A stretch of 64,000 nucleotides of DNA from Macrostomum lignano (Eukaryota), in NCBI GenBank assembly GCA_002269645.1, contig NIVC01003385.1, forward strand, positions 1 through 64,000. The letters are read 5' to 3'. Position 1 is the stretch's first letter. Every line of letters starts with the position of its first letter. Both the position numbers and the translations under genes were made by a program. Positions 51,866 through 63,085 of the stretch are shown here, piece after piece. The notes beneath the pieces were generated by a model. That model was not told where the DNA came from. It made no database searches and saw only the letters and a program-made list of their open reading frames with translations.

Positions 51866-53149
51866 ATGACTGAGTGCCTGTGTACAAAGTCGGAATTCGA
51901 GCTATTTGCTCCTCGAGCACACAAAATTGCTGCAATTAGCGCCACCACTGAAGAAGTTCACCCTGTTGCTAGTGTTGAAAATGCCAGCGTGGTCGAATTT
52001 AGGATTGTTGGTGGTGAGACGTTTATCGATCTTAACGACATTGACCTCGAGATTAAGGCCCGCGTTAGGCAATCTAATGGCACAAATCTTGCTGCTGATT
52101 CGAATGTTGCGCCGGTCAATTACGTCCTTGAAAGCATGTTTAAAAACGTCACGTTGACAATCAACGGGACCCACGTAGAGTCGAGCAATAACAACCACGC
52201 TTACAAGGCCTATATTCGCACGTGTTTGAATTACGGACACGATTCAAAAACCAACCAACTGAGAATGATGGGCTACGCAAAGGACGCTGGAGGACAAATG
52301 GCTGTGGTTGGAAATCCTGGTTTTGTAGCCCGCAAGGCGATGGCGGCAAACTCACGCACCTTTCACCTTTATGGACCTCTTAGTTTAGACTTTTTTGTTA
52401 CCAACGACCGAATGCTGTTGCCATACACTGATATGGTAATTACGCTAACTATGCACAATTCCGGCTTCGTTTTGGAAAACCACGCGGACGGGGTTGAGGC
52501 GCGGCTGGTACTCGAGAGTGCCAGACTACATGTGCGCCGCGTCAAGGCAAACCCCCAATTGGCATTGGAGATTGAAGAACAACTAGGCAAACAGAATGCA
52601 ATCTATCCGATTGAGCGACTTGTTGTGCACAATACTTCAGTGGCTGGCGGTGTTCGGGACATGTCAATCAACAATATATTTCCTGAACAAAAGCCTAAAC
52701 TGGTGATTGTTGGCATGGTAAACAGCGGCGCGTACAACGGTGTGGCTACACATAACCCGTTTAATTTTGAGCCATTTGGAGCCGACAGTGTGGCTCTGTA
52801 TAAGGACGGAGTCAGTCTGTGTGGACAACCGTTTACTCCTCGATTCGGTGTTCATAACTATGCTCGCGAGTATGCTATGTTACTAAAAAGCCTAGGAAAA
52901 ATGAATCGGGACCTGGATATTGACGTATCATATTCCGACTATGGAGCTGGCTACTGCTTCTTCGCCTGGAATCTCATGCCCGACATGGAGCTGGGTGGGC
53001 ATAGCATGCCTCGCGAGCAAGGGAATCTGACGCTACAAATAAAGTTTTCTGCTGCCTTAACCGCAGGAATCAACGTGTTGGTGTTTGGCTACTTCGACAG
53101 TACTGTGCAAATCACTCGCGGTCGTCAGGTTATTCTAGACTACGTGTAG
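51866..53149 (+). CDS. Major capsid protein (double jelly-roll, Polinton/adintovirus hexon-like)
   Basis: 427-aa intact ORF; CTKSEFELF, VEFRIVG..FIDL, YKAYIRTCLNY, LHVRRVK, YPIER, PKLVIVG, NPFNF, GYCFFAWNLMPD, GNLTLQIKF motifs of Polinton MCP. Confidence 0.93.
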   Translation: MTECLCTKSEFELFAPRAHKIAAISATTEEVHPVASVENASVVEFRIVGGETFIDLNDIDLEIKARVRQSNGTNLAADSNVAPVNYVLESMFKNVTLTINGTHVESSNNNHAYKAYIRTCLNYGHDSKTNQLRMMGYAKDAGGQMAVVGNPGFVARKAMAANSRTFHLYGPLSLDFFVTNDRMLLPYTDMVITLTMHNSGFVLENHADGVEARLVLESARLHVRRVKANPQLALEIEEQLGKQNAIYPIERLVVHNTSVAGGVRDMSINNIFPEQKPKLVIVGMVNSGAYNGVATHNPFNFEPFGADSVALYKDGVSLCGQPFTPRFGVHNYAREYAMLLKSLGKMNRDLDIDVSYSDYGAGYCFFAWNLMPDMELGGHSMPREQGNLTLQIKFSAALTAGINVLVFGYFDSTVQITRGRQVILDYV

Positions 53150-53205
53150 AAACAAACAACTCTTTTTTATTCCCAAATAACGGCCATACGAGTATTCATG
53201 CCGAT

Positions 53206-53361
53206 ATGAATAGTCTAGATATATTAGAACGTCTAATACTACCTGTCCCTGTTCGAGTAACACCAGTTGACAGGATTCCGCAGCCTGTTTATCCTGCAAT
53301 GACACCCACCTCTGACACCCACCTCACCTCCAAAACCCTGCAGTTTCTGCACGATACGTAG
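53206..53361 (+). pseudogene. N-terminal stub of probable adenain-like cysteine protease fused to right TIR sequence
   Basis: MNSLDILERL..VRVTPVDRIPQPVYPA resembles Polinton protease N-termini (MNTxQI..L..GVxPxDxLP..PA); the frame then runs into the TIR, no His/Cys catalytic motifs. Confidence 0.55.
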
Positions 53362-55379
53362 TCTCATCACAATGATGGTCACAACTGCATAATCATTAAC
53401 TGTTTGCTAATCGTTAACTACGAGCTATAATTTATAGCTTGTCAAAATTTAACGCATTTTTTCGCATTTAACCCATTATTGTTACAACCTAAACAAACCA
53501 AACGAGAGCTAATTTTTCAAGTGACTGTGTAGAATAGAATTTAATATAATATTTTTATGTATATTTTGAACTTGGCAGTTGCGAAAACATATGAATTTGA
53601 TGACACATAGGCACAGGAATTCAGGAAATGTTAGGTCAATTGAAACAAGCGAAGTTATACGGGCTTATAACTTTAGACGAATCCTATGAGAGAGAATTTT
53701 GCTCTAGCCTCAGCAACCCCTAACTCCGGCTTCGACAACTTTGTCGATGGTCCATCCAAGTGGGTCCTCTGGTTGCTTAATGGATCGATCAACCAGAGAA
53801 TAGGGAGAGAGGAAGTGCAAGTCAGCGCACATGTAAAGAGCATTTTGGAGCGACAGAGATCAGAAACTGAGAAACTTTGGCAATAAACAGAGTCAGTTAT
53901 TTACAGTCACGCGGGGCGGCAAAGTTTACACTGCAAAATCTATGCGACGGCTACTATACTCATGTAAAATCAATCGATTACCCGAACCTAATCGACTGCA
54001 ACGTCGGAGTGGATGTACAGCAGAGCCTATACTCTATACATGTAGTAGATGCTTATGCCTTAGGAAGCATTTCTCTGCCTTTCCATCGATCACTCAAACA
54101 GTATGCGGCATTGTGGTAGTTGAGTGGCGGTGCGCCGGTGTCCATGGAGCAACCAGAAGCGCCAGCAGTTGCATCAGGGGCGCCAGCAGTCGCAGCAGAG
54201 ACGCCCGGCATCACAGATTTCGTGCAAAACAGTTTTACTACCCCCTACTGTCTAGTCTTTGGTGGGCGCTGAAAATCTTTATGGGGTACGGGCCAGTGGC
54301 GGGATGGGTGTCGCGCATGTAGGAGATGTCAGGCTTTGGGGACCTCGGCGTCAGTGGGGGCGCCATAAACCCGGTAAAAATTTTCTTTAAACATTTTTAG
54401 TTAGGGATTTACGGAAAAATTACCAATTCATAACCGAAATTGGGCGGGGGGGGGGCGGCCCCAAATCGATCCGCCCTTGGCGATCACCTTATATGGACTT
54501 CTAAGTTCTAAATCAAGCAAGTAGGTGCACGTGCACTGTCCGAGGTCACCCGACGACAACCGGCTAGCCGGGCCAAAAGCTTACAAAATCATCGGGCTAA
54601 CCGGCAGGAAAGCGCGCTCTCGAGCTCTCGCTTCTCCCGGCTAGACGGGCCCAAAGCGCGCTCCCATACAATCAAATGGGAGTGTATCAATTGAAAGCTT
54701 TTAACGGGTGTTTAATAACAATTTGCAGTAGAAAAATCGACGTTTGTTAATATTAATTCGCTTGTATGTAATTTGAAAACAAAATTTACAGGAATGAGCT
54801 AGGGTTCCTGTGTTCAACGTTCAACAAAAGCTTTTAAGGCATATTTGTTGTGCTAGTGCTACTGTGCATTGCTGTGCTGGCCTATGCACTAGACTAAACA
54901 AGTGAAGGCTTCGTGTACAAGATAAATGAAAGGAGCTTTTCTTAAATTTCTTGTGCATTATTATGTGATTGCTTAAGTAATTTTGTTCTATAGTTTAAAG
55001 CCTGTCACGTGTCAGTTAATTAATAATACAGGCATTTGAAATATAAATGTAGGTTACAGCAGCTTACTGTAACTTATAAGCTGCTTTTATTCAATTATAA
55101 AAAGGCTTCAATTCAATTAAATTCTATTTATTTAGCTATAGCCCTATGTATGTAGGAAAGCCTATTGAGCACTAAGCCTTGGCCTAGCTTATTGACTTGG
55201 TCTTAGGCCTAATGAATAGATTTAGCTAACTTACTAGATAAAAGCCTTAAAATTTTTGTTTTTTTCTATCTATCTACTTTATGTATACCAATAGGCCTAG
55301 ACTAAATAACAAACTATAAAACTAAGCCTACAATATTTTATATCAAATGCCTGATGTTTGACTTATTTTCCTTTCCTTA

Positions 55380-57270
55380 GTTCCCCTCTCCCCTAACCTT
55401 GGATTTCCTCCTTCTAACCCTAGCTTCTCTCCCCTGACCACTGGCTTCTCTCCCCCTGACCACTGGCTTCTCTCCCCCTGACCCCTCCCTGGCTTCCCTC
55501 TATCCTAACCCTTGGCTTCCCTCCCTTGACCTTGGCTTCCCTCCCCCTGACCCTGGCTTCTCTCCTTACTGACCCCTGATTTCCCTCCCCTGACCCTGGC
55601 TTCTCTTCCCTTGACCCTGGCTTCTTTCCTCCCCTGACCCTGGCTTCTCTCTTCCCCTGACCCTGGCTTCTCTCCTCCCCTGACCCTGGCTTCCTTCCCC
55701 TAACCCTGGCTTCTCTCCCCTTGACCCTGGCTTCTCTCCACTTGGCCCTGGCTTCTGTCCCCCTGACCCTGGCTTCCCTTCCCTGATCCTGGCTTCCCTC
55801 CCTTGACCCTGGCTTCTCTCCTCCCCTGAACCTGGCTTCTCTCCCCTGACCCTGGCTTCTTTCTGCCTCGCCTGGTTTTTCTCCTTATTGACCCCTGGCT
55901 TCTCTCCCCCTGACCCTGGCTTCCCTCCCTTGACTCTAGCTTTTCTCCCCCTGACCCTGGCTTCCCTCCCTTGACTCTAGCTTTTCTCCCCTGACCCTGG
56001 CTTCTCTCCGCCTGGCCTTGGCTTTCCTCCCTTGACCCTGGCTTCTCTCCCCTGACCCTGGCTTCCCTCCCCTTACCCTGGCTTCTCTCCCCCTGACCCT
56101 TGCTTCTCTCCGCCTGGCCTGGCTTTTCTCCTTACTGACCCTGGCTTCTCTCTCCCTGACCCTGGCTTTCCTCCCTTGACCCTGGCTTCTCTCCCCCTGA
56201 CCCTGGCTTCCTCCCCTTACCCTGGCTTCCTCCCCTGACCCTTGCTTCTCTCCGCCTGACCTGGCTTTTCTCCTTACTGACCCCTGGCTTCTCTCTCCCT
56301 GACCCTGGCTTCCCTCCCCTGACCCTGGCTTCTCTCCCTGGCCTTGGCTTCCCTCCCTTGACCCTGGCTTCTCTCCCCTGACCCTCGCTTCCTTCCTCTG
56401 ACCCTGGCTTCTCTCCTCCCCTGACCCTAGCTTCTCTCCCCTGACCCTGGCTTCCTTCTCCTGACCCTGGCTTCTCTCCTCTTCTGACCCTAGCTTCTCT
56501 CCCCTGACCCTGGCTTCCTTCCCCTGACCCTGGCTTCCTTCCCTTGACCCTGGCTTCCCTCCCTTGACCCTGGCTTCTCTCCACTTGGCCCTGGCTTCTC
56601 TCCCCTGACCCTGGCTTCCCTCCCGACCCTGGCTTCCTCCCTCCCTGGCTTCTCTCCCCTGACCCTGGCTTCCTCCCTGACCCTGGCTTCCCTTACTGAC
56701 CCTGGCTTCCTCCCTCCTGACCCTGGCTTCTCTCCTCCCCTGACCCTGGCTTCTCTCCCTCCTGACCCTGGCTTCTCTCCTCCCCTGACCCTGGCTTCTC
56801 TCTCCCTGACCCTGGCTTCCCTCCCCTGACCCTGGTTTCTCTCCCCCTGACCTTGGCTTCCCTCCCTTGACCCTGACTTCTCTCCTCCCCTGACCCTGGC
56901 TTTTCTCCTTGACCCTGACTTCTCTCTCCCTGACCCTGGCTTTTCTCCCTGACCCTGGCTTCCTCTCCCCTGACCCTGGCTTCCTCCCCTGACCCTGGCT
57001 TCCTCCCCTGACCCTGGCTTCCCTCCCCTGACCCTGGCTTCCCTCCCCTGACCCTGGCTTCCCTCCCCTGACCCTGGCTTCCCTCCCCTGACCCTGGCTT
57101 CCCTCTTTACTGACCCCTGGCTTCTCTTTCCCTAACCCTGGCTTCCCTCCCCTGACCCTGGCTTCCCTCCCCTGACCCTGGCTTCCCTCCCTCTTGACCC
57201 CTGGATTCCCTCCCTCCTGACCCCTGTTTCCTTCCCTCTTGACCCATGGCTCCCTCTCTCCTGACCCCTC
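55380..57270. repeat. About 20-bp pyrimidine-rich satellite (CCCCTGACCCTGGCTTCTCT)n
   Basis: About 90 imperfect copies; inverted copy begins near 63765. Confidence 0.95.
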
Positions 57271-60200
57271 TTGACCCGTAACTTCTGCCCTCTTGCTCTG
57301 ACGTCTGCTGTCTGCTCTACCTTGCTACTTTGCCCCCTGCTTTTCCGTCCTCTGGTTTTCTGCCCCCTGCTCTGCCCCCGCTGCTTTGCTCCCTGCTGTC
57401 TGCTTTTCCGTCCTCTGGTTTTCTGCCCCCTGCTCTGCCCCCGCTGCTTTGCTCCCTGCTGTCTGCTCTACCCTGCTTCTCCGCCCTCTGCTAAAGTAGT
57501 CTCGTATTAGTACCAAGCAGCACAGCTTATTGAAAGCACATTCTTCCTTCAGAAAAAGCTACCGGTGAAGCCCAGCTGCTGTACCATTGGCACCTTTGCT
57601 TTTGCCTCTGGTGCGATTGGCCTAGCAACAAACAAGCAGCTGTTCACCCACAAAAGCTATCCAAGCGCGAGCTTTCTACTATGTGTGCACACTGAGCTGA
57701 AATTAGTTTGTAAGTACCGCCACTATGAGCTCTGATACGCTGACATCTGGTGCAACCGTTACGGCCGGGTCTGCCGCTGGTTCCGCTTAAGCAGCCGCCT
57801 CAAACATCGCTGCTGCAGCCGAAACTGAAGCTGGCTCCGCCAAAGCTATTTTTTAATTCTTTAATATATGTCGTCAATTCTTTTAACATTGAGATCACCG
57901 AATTCTGTTAATACATGTTCAGATCTTGTAAAGCTCAACAAAAGCACCCATTTGTCATCGCCCTTTTCCAATATTGCTACTCGCATTACTCCCTGTGCAA
58001 TGGGAGCCACACTCGACGTTTTTAGTGTCGTGTTTTTAGGTTGTTTATGGGTGGATTTTCTATTTGTAAAAGCATTTTTTCGAGTCAATGCAGTTTGTAA
58101 CATCGGAGCTTCATATATTTTTGCTGTGATTTCTGAGAGACATTTTTTCGAGACGATACTGCTCTGTGACAGGGTGGTGTTCAACGTGTGCCATTTTAAT
58201 TCAATCCTTGATCACAAAGCTCAGAGCAAGTGCCACTAGACTTCAGTGTCAGGCTTTCAGTTTAAGCAAATAATCCAAAATAATTTCGGCTGTACCATTG
58301 TGGACCAACAATGACCAACCCCTTATACTGTCAAAATCCTGTTGTTTTTACAGGTTCTTATATTTCTACAAGGAACTGACAGGTGTTTTTTGTTGTTACC
58401 GCCAGTTAATTTTTTAAACATTACTGCTCTTCATGAAGACGCGTGCAAAAAATACAGATATAAACTTTCATGTTACATACAGTTATGACCAGGAGCTTTC
58501 CGATTTTAGTTGGTCATATAATTTTGTCGAAAACTTGGTTTTGTGTTTCTGGAGTATTTCCTAAATAGCATGCGCTCCGCAAAATTTTGTTGATTTAGCT
58601 TTACACTCCAGAAGTAAATTTTTCTCAGTGAACTCATATTTTATTTCGCTCTTAGTGGTGCAGCTTAAGCATGTTTCGAATGCTCCCAGCAAGCTGCCGA
58701 GAGTTCCTGCACTGGCAAGAAAGGACGCTGCCTTGGTGTAGGGCGCTGAAGTGAACAAAAGTGCGCTCGATCGTCAGCGGTGCACATTTGCTGCATGGGC
58801 ATTCAGTTTTGTGCTGAGCGGTGACGTACGCTTTTTTGAGGGGTCTGCAGTCCAGGCGGCGTCATGAAGGAGGGAGTGGGTGCTCCTGCTTCTGAGAAGC
58901 CCTCAGAGTACTCTGGAGTGAGAGTTCTGCTTCTCACATTCGATGTAGTTGAATAGTCCCCGCATGCTGGAATATGCACTGTGCCCTTTGACAACCATTG
59001 TTATATAAGGTCTTGGTTGCAAGCTTGGTGCTCCTGAATAGACCATGAAATGTCTGTTAATGGTGTATTAGTAAAAGTGCTCAAGAGAGAAATCTTCATG
59101 CGATTCTGATGAGCGCTCACCCTGGTGGGCCATGGGTATTCCGGCTATAGTGGTTGCATGGAGCAAACCTGAGGCAGGGGTCTAGCAAGGAAGACTCACT
59201 TATTGTGTATTAAAAATTTACGCATATTCATACATGTAGGGTCGAATTGGGCTTCAGCAACGCAGGGAAAGCGGCAAAATAAGGGCGGGGGCTCGCAGCA
59301 GTCTACTGATTCAGTCGGACTGCTAGTCTGGGGAGCTGTCAAAACAGCCGATGCGCGGTGCACCAGCTGCCGATGCTGCTTCAGTCGCCTACCAACCTGT
59401 TCGCGCTGCCAGGAGCGAACTACAAATTAAGTTTTCGGCTAGATCCAAGTCATGTGACGAAACCCGGGGGCTGCCTGAGAATATCTGTAAACCTCTGGGC
59501 TCTAGCGCTGAAAATTACCAGCCTCCATGCATGCCTCACATGGACTTCTCCACCTCTGGATGCTGTTTTGTAGCTGACGTTGCGGTCAAGTTTCAATTAT
59601 CTCGACAGCGCGGGCCCGCGGGTTGTAATTGTTTGCCGAAGGGCGTAGCCGCCTCTGCAGTCACTTATGCAGGAGTACACCCGAAAAACTCGACACTACT
59701 AGAAATGGCACGTACATGTAACACCCTAATGGACTCTATGCGAGGAGGCATACAAGGGACGGTTTACTTGTAGTCAGTGCTGGAATCTGGAAATGAGGAA
59801 TGTAAAGACTTTTGCATAAGGGGGATCTTTAGTTGGTGGGCGACTCTATAGGAAATGAAGCTGGGGTTCCCGGCGGGGACCGCGGTGGTTCGGCCTCGCG
59901 GGAAAACAAACAATAATAAAACAAATTTGTATCACCGCGCCGGCCTGGTGCGTCCAAGCGACCTGTTGCGCCGTCGGCGACTCCCAGCTGGCAGGCCACA
60001 TCATCCGCGCCGAATCGTACTGGCCAAAGCAGGTGCAGGAGGTGCTGCTGCTGACGCTGCAGGCACCGGCCCTACCGGCGGGGACAGGCGCGCACTCGGC
60101 GTTTCGACTCGACTAGCTGCCTGCTGGCTGATGCTGGCGCCCCGGAGCCGGCGGCGTGGCGTTCATTCGCGACCTGGCTTTGAGGCGCGCCGTGTGACGC

Positions 60201-61554
60201 TAACTGCGTATTCTGTTGTTGTTGTTCTGGTACGTGGCGGCTATGCCTTTTGGCGTGTACCTATAAAAAACCCGGATCAGCCGCTAGTTTTGTTCAGGGG
60301 AGCTTGACCACTAATCAAGCATACTCTATCAACAGCTGAGAGTGTTCAACTAAATTACAGCAGGATGCATACTATAGAGGGCGAGTTCTAGGGAGTCTTC
60401 ACTGGAATCAATGTATAATCGCTTGTACTTCTTCGTACGTACGTATGGTCAAGTCACTTGGCTATTATTCTGTTACATGTAATTTCTAGCTCATGTAACT
60501 GTATATATGATGTATGGGATGTACGTATATGATACATGTGTAGATCACAGTTTGTGAGTTCCACAAGTCATAAATAATGTTACCAATATGGCATGATAAA
60601 CATGGCCATGTACATGTATGCGCCTTATTTGTAGGTAGAAACTGTGTTCAGGTATATTCTATTGTATGTCAATACATTTTGCACTTACATGTATAGTCGT
60701 AGAGTTCACGTCCTGGAAAGCAATTACTCGTAGCACACGTGCATGAAGCTGTGATTCTTATTTTAAAGAAGATTCTTAACTAAATTTCTTAACAGTCCAG
60801 AGGTGCACGCACTAAATTCAGGGAACGGCAGGAGTCGCATGCGGACGTCCGTTCTGTCTTCCGTGTACTTCCATGTATACGTATTAATATAAGAAATTCC
60901 ATTGAAGCCATTCAGAATCGCTTCCGTACTTTATTGGTGCCCTCTCAAGTGCTAATGACCCCTCCTCGCTACGCCCCAACATTGGCACCTACACAGAACA
61001 CACTAACACCTACCTCATTTTTTAATGAGTTGCATAGCGCTATGCGTGATGAAGTACTGTACGAGTAACGCAAGTTACCATCGATAATAATCTCAAAATT
61101 CTATCCCTTTTCTAACAGCCCGAAATACATGAACTCGATCCAATATATCGACGAGCTACAGTGTATAGTGCATGTGTATCGATTTATACCACTTTCTAGA
61201 ATGTATCCTATTGTACACCACACCACTCAACACCCACCACACCACCTTACTCAATGCAGGTACATTATATCGCAGAAGTCACATAAGCGCTGGAAGAAAT
61301 ATTTATTAAATTGTTAGAAATCGACAGTAACTCGTACATGTACAAGGGTACATACGTAATTGTATGTGGCGCTTTCATCAATAAGGCTTTTTAGCATGTC
61401 CAAGTTTTTTAAACAAACGAACTAAAACAAGTTTATTAGAGCATACTTAAGGTCTTAAAAATAGCGTCACACAGCTATATTCCCCTAGTACAGGAAGTTC
61501 CCAAAGCACTTCTCTGGCTAGAGTTGGCGCCAGAGGAACTCGCTAAGATGGGAC

Positions 61555-61920
61555 TCAAAAAAGGTCGTCACTAGCGCCATGCTGGCTGCAAAACTTCGCC
61601 TTCACGAGTGCCCAGGTGCCTTCGATGTTGTTTGTGGACACAGTTGGATCGTTCGGATCAACGAAATGCAGACGGTGATTGACAAACACCTGGGGAAGCG
61701 CACTATATACCTGCCAGCCGTCAGTTAAAATGCGTGTCCCAGGCAACACACTGCTGAATAATCTGACTCAGCAGAACGGTTGGGTACTTGTACCATCATG
61801 CATTTGCGTGTACCTTGCTCGACCATCCCAAGCACCCAGTGGCCCTCGCGGTATGCTCCCTGGTGGTATTTGCGATGAAAAAATTGGACTCATCCACTTC
61901 AACTTCTCTTCCGTTTATTG
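61555..61920 (-). pseudogene. Merlin / IS1595-family DDE transposase remnant
   Basis: VEVDES[fs]RKYHQG..HWVLGMVEQGTRKCMMVQVPNRS[fs]IIQQCVLPGTRILTDGWQVY..VNHRLHFVDP..TNNIEGTWALVK. Confidence 0.85.
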
Positions 61921-62289
61921 GCTTTTTATTGCAAACAAAAAAGAACAATTATTTCTCAGTTTTTGTACAACATATACTTTATTTTTCTCGCTCATCGCAC
62001 ATTCCATTGTCAGCTACTAGTATTTTCTCTTTGTCGTTTGTCAAAAAATGGCACAATTCAGGTACACTAAATGGCACACTATAATAAAAAACGAGAAAAG
62101 AACACGGACAATTCGATTTAACAATTCCAAAAGACTTAGCAACAGCCGCAAAAACGAACGTACCACGACGTGAACACCTACAAGTCAACTTATGATTTTT
62201 TGACCAAAATATAAAATACGCAGAAGGTACAAGTTGTCAGTTCAGCCACACTGTTAGAGCGCGACGACAGTCCTTTGGTCAAACCTCTC

Positions 62290-63085
62290 AGCTCTCAACT
62301 TCCGCCACCTTCCCGCTCTCAGCTCATGCCACCTTCCCGCTCTCAGCTCATGCCACCTTCCCGCTCTCAGCTCATGCCACCTTCCCGCTCTCAGCTCCCG
62401 CCACCTTCCCGCTCTCAGCTCCCGCCACCTTCCCGCTCTCAGCTCCCGCCACCTTCCCGCTCTCAGCTCCCGCCACCTTCCCGCTCTCAGCTCATGCCAC
62501 CTTCCCGCTCTCAGCTCCCGCCACCTTCCCGCTCTCAGCTCCCGCCACCTTCCCGCTCTCAGCTCATGCCACCTTCCCGCTCTCAGCTCCCGCCACCTTC
62601 CCGCTCTCAGCTCATGCCACCTTCCCGCTCTCAGCTCCCGCCACCTTCCCGCTCTCAGCTCCCGCCACCTTCCCGCTCTCAGCTCATGCCACCTTCCCGC
62701 TCTCAGCTCCCGCCACCTTCCCGCTCTCAGCTCCCGCCACCTTCCCGCTCTCAGCTCCCGCCACCTTCCCGCTCTCAGCTCATGCCACCTTCCCGCTCTC
62801 AGCTCCCGCCACCTTCCCGCTCTCAGCTCCCGCCACCTTCCCGCTCTCAGCTCATGCCACCTTCCCGCTCTCAGCTCCCGCCACCTTCCCGCTCTCAGCT
62901 CCGCCACCTTCCCGCTCTCAGCTCATGCCACCTTCCCGCTCTCAGCTCCCGCCACCTTCCCGCTCTCAGCTCATGCCACCTTCCCGCTCTCAGCTCCCGC
63001 CTCACCTTCCCGCTCTCAGCTCCCGCCACCTTCCCGCTCTCAGCTCCCGCCACCTTCCCGCTCTCAGCTCCCGCCACCTGCCAGC
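62290..63085. repeat. 24-bp tandem repeat (CCCGCCACCTTCCCGCTCTCAGCT / CATG variant)
   Basis: About 33 copies, two alternating variants. Confidence 0.95.

Larger units (their letters stand above)
43454..53362 (+). mobile_element. Polinton/Maverick (adintovirus-like) endogenous element, 9909 bp, lacking pPolB and ATPase
   Basis: 53-bp TIRs (43454-43506 / 53310-53362, one mismatch); 6-bp TSD CTCATC at 43448-43453 and 53363-53368; rve integrase, minor and major capsid and core-protein ORFs. Confidence 0.93.

Noticed and set aside
53369-54400. Continuation of the Polinton beyond the right TIR (ORFs 53877-54322)
   Set aside because: Lies outside the TSD and shows no pPolB, ATPase or protease motifs.
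57861-59773. ORFs inside the large inverted duplication as a transposase or viral gene
   Set aside because: No recognisable motifs; frames are interrupted.
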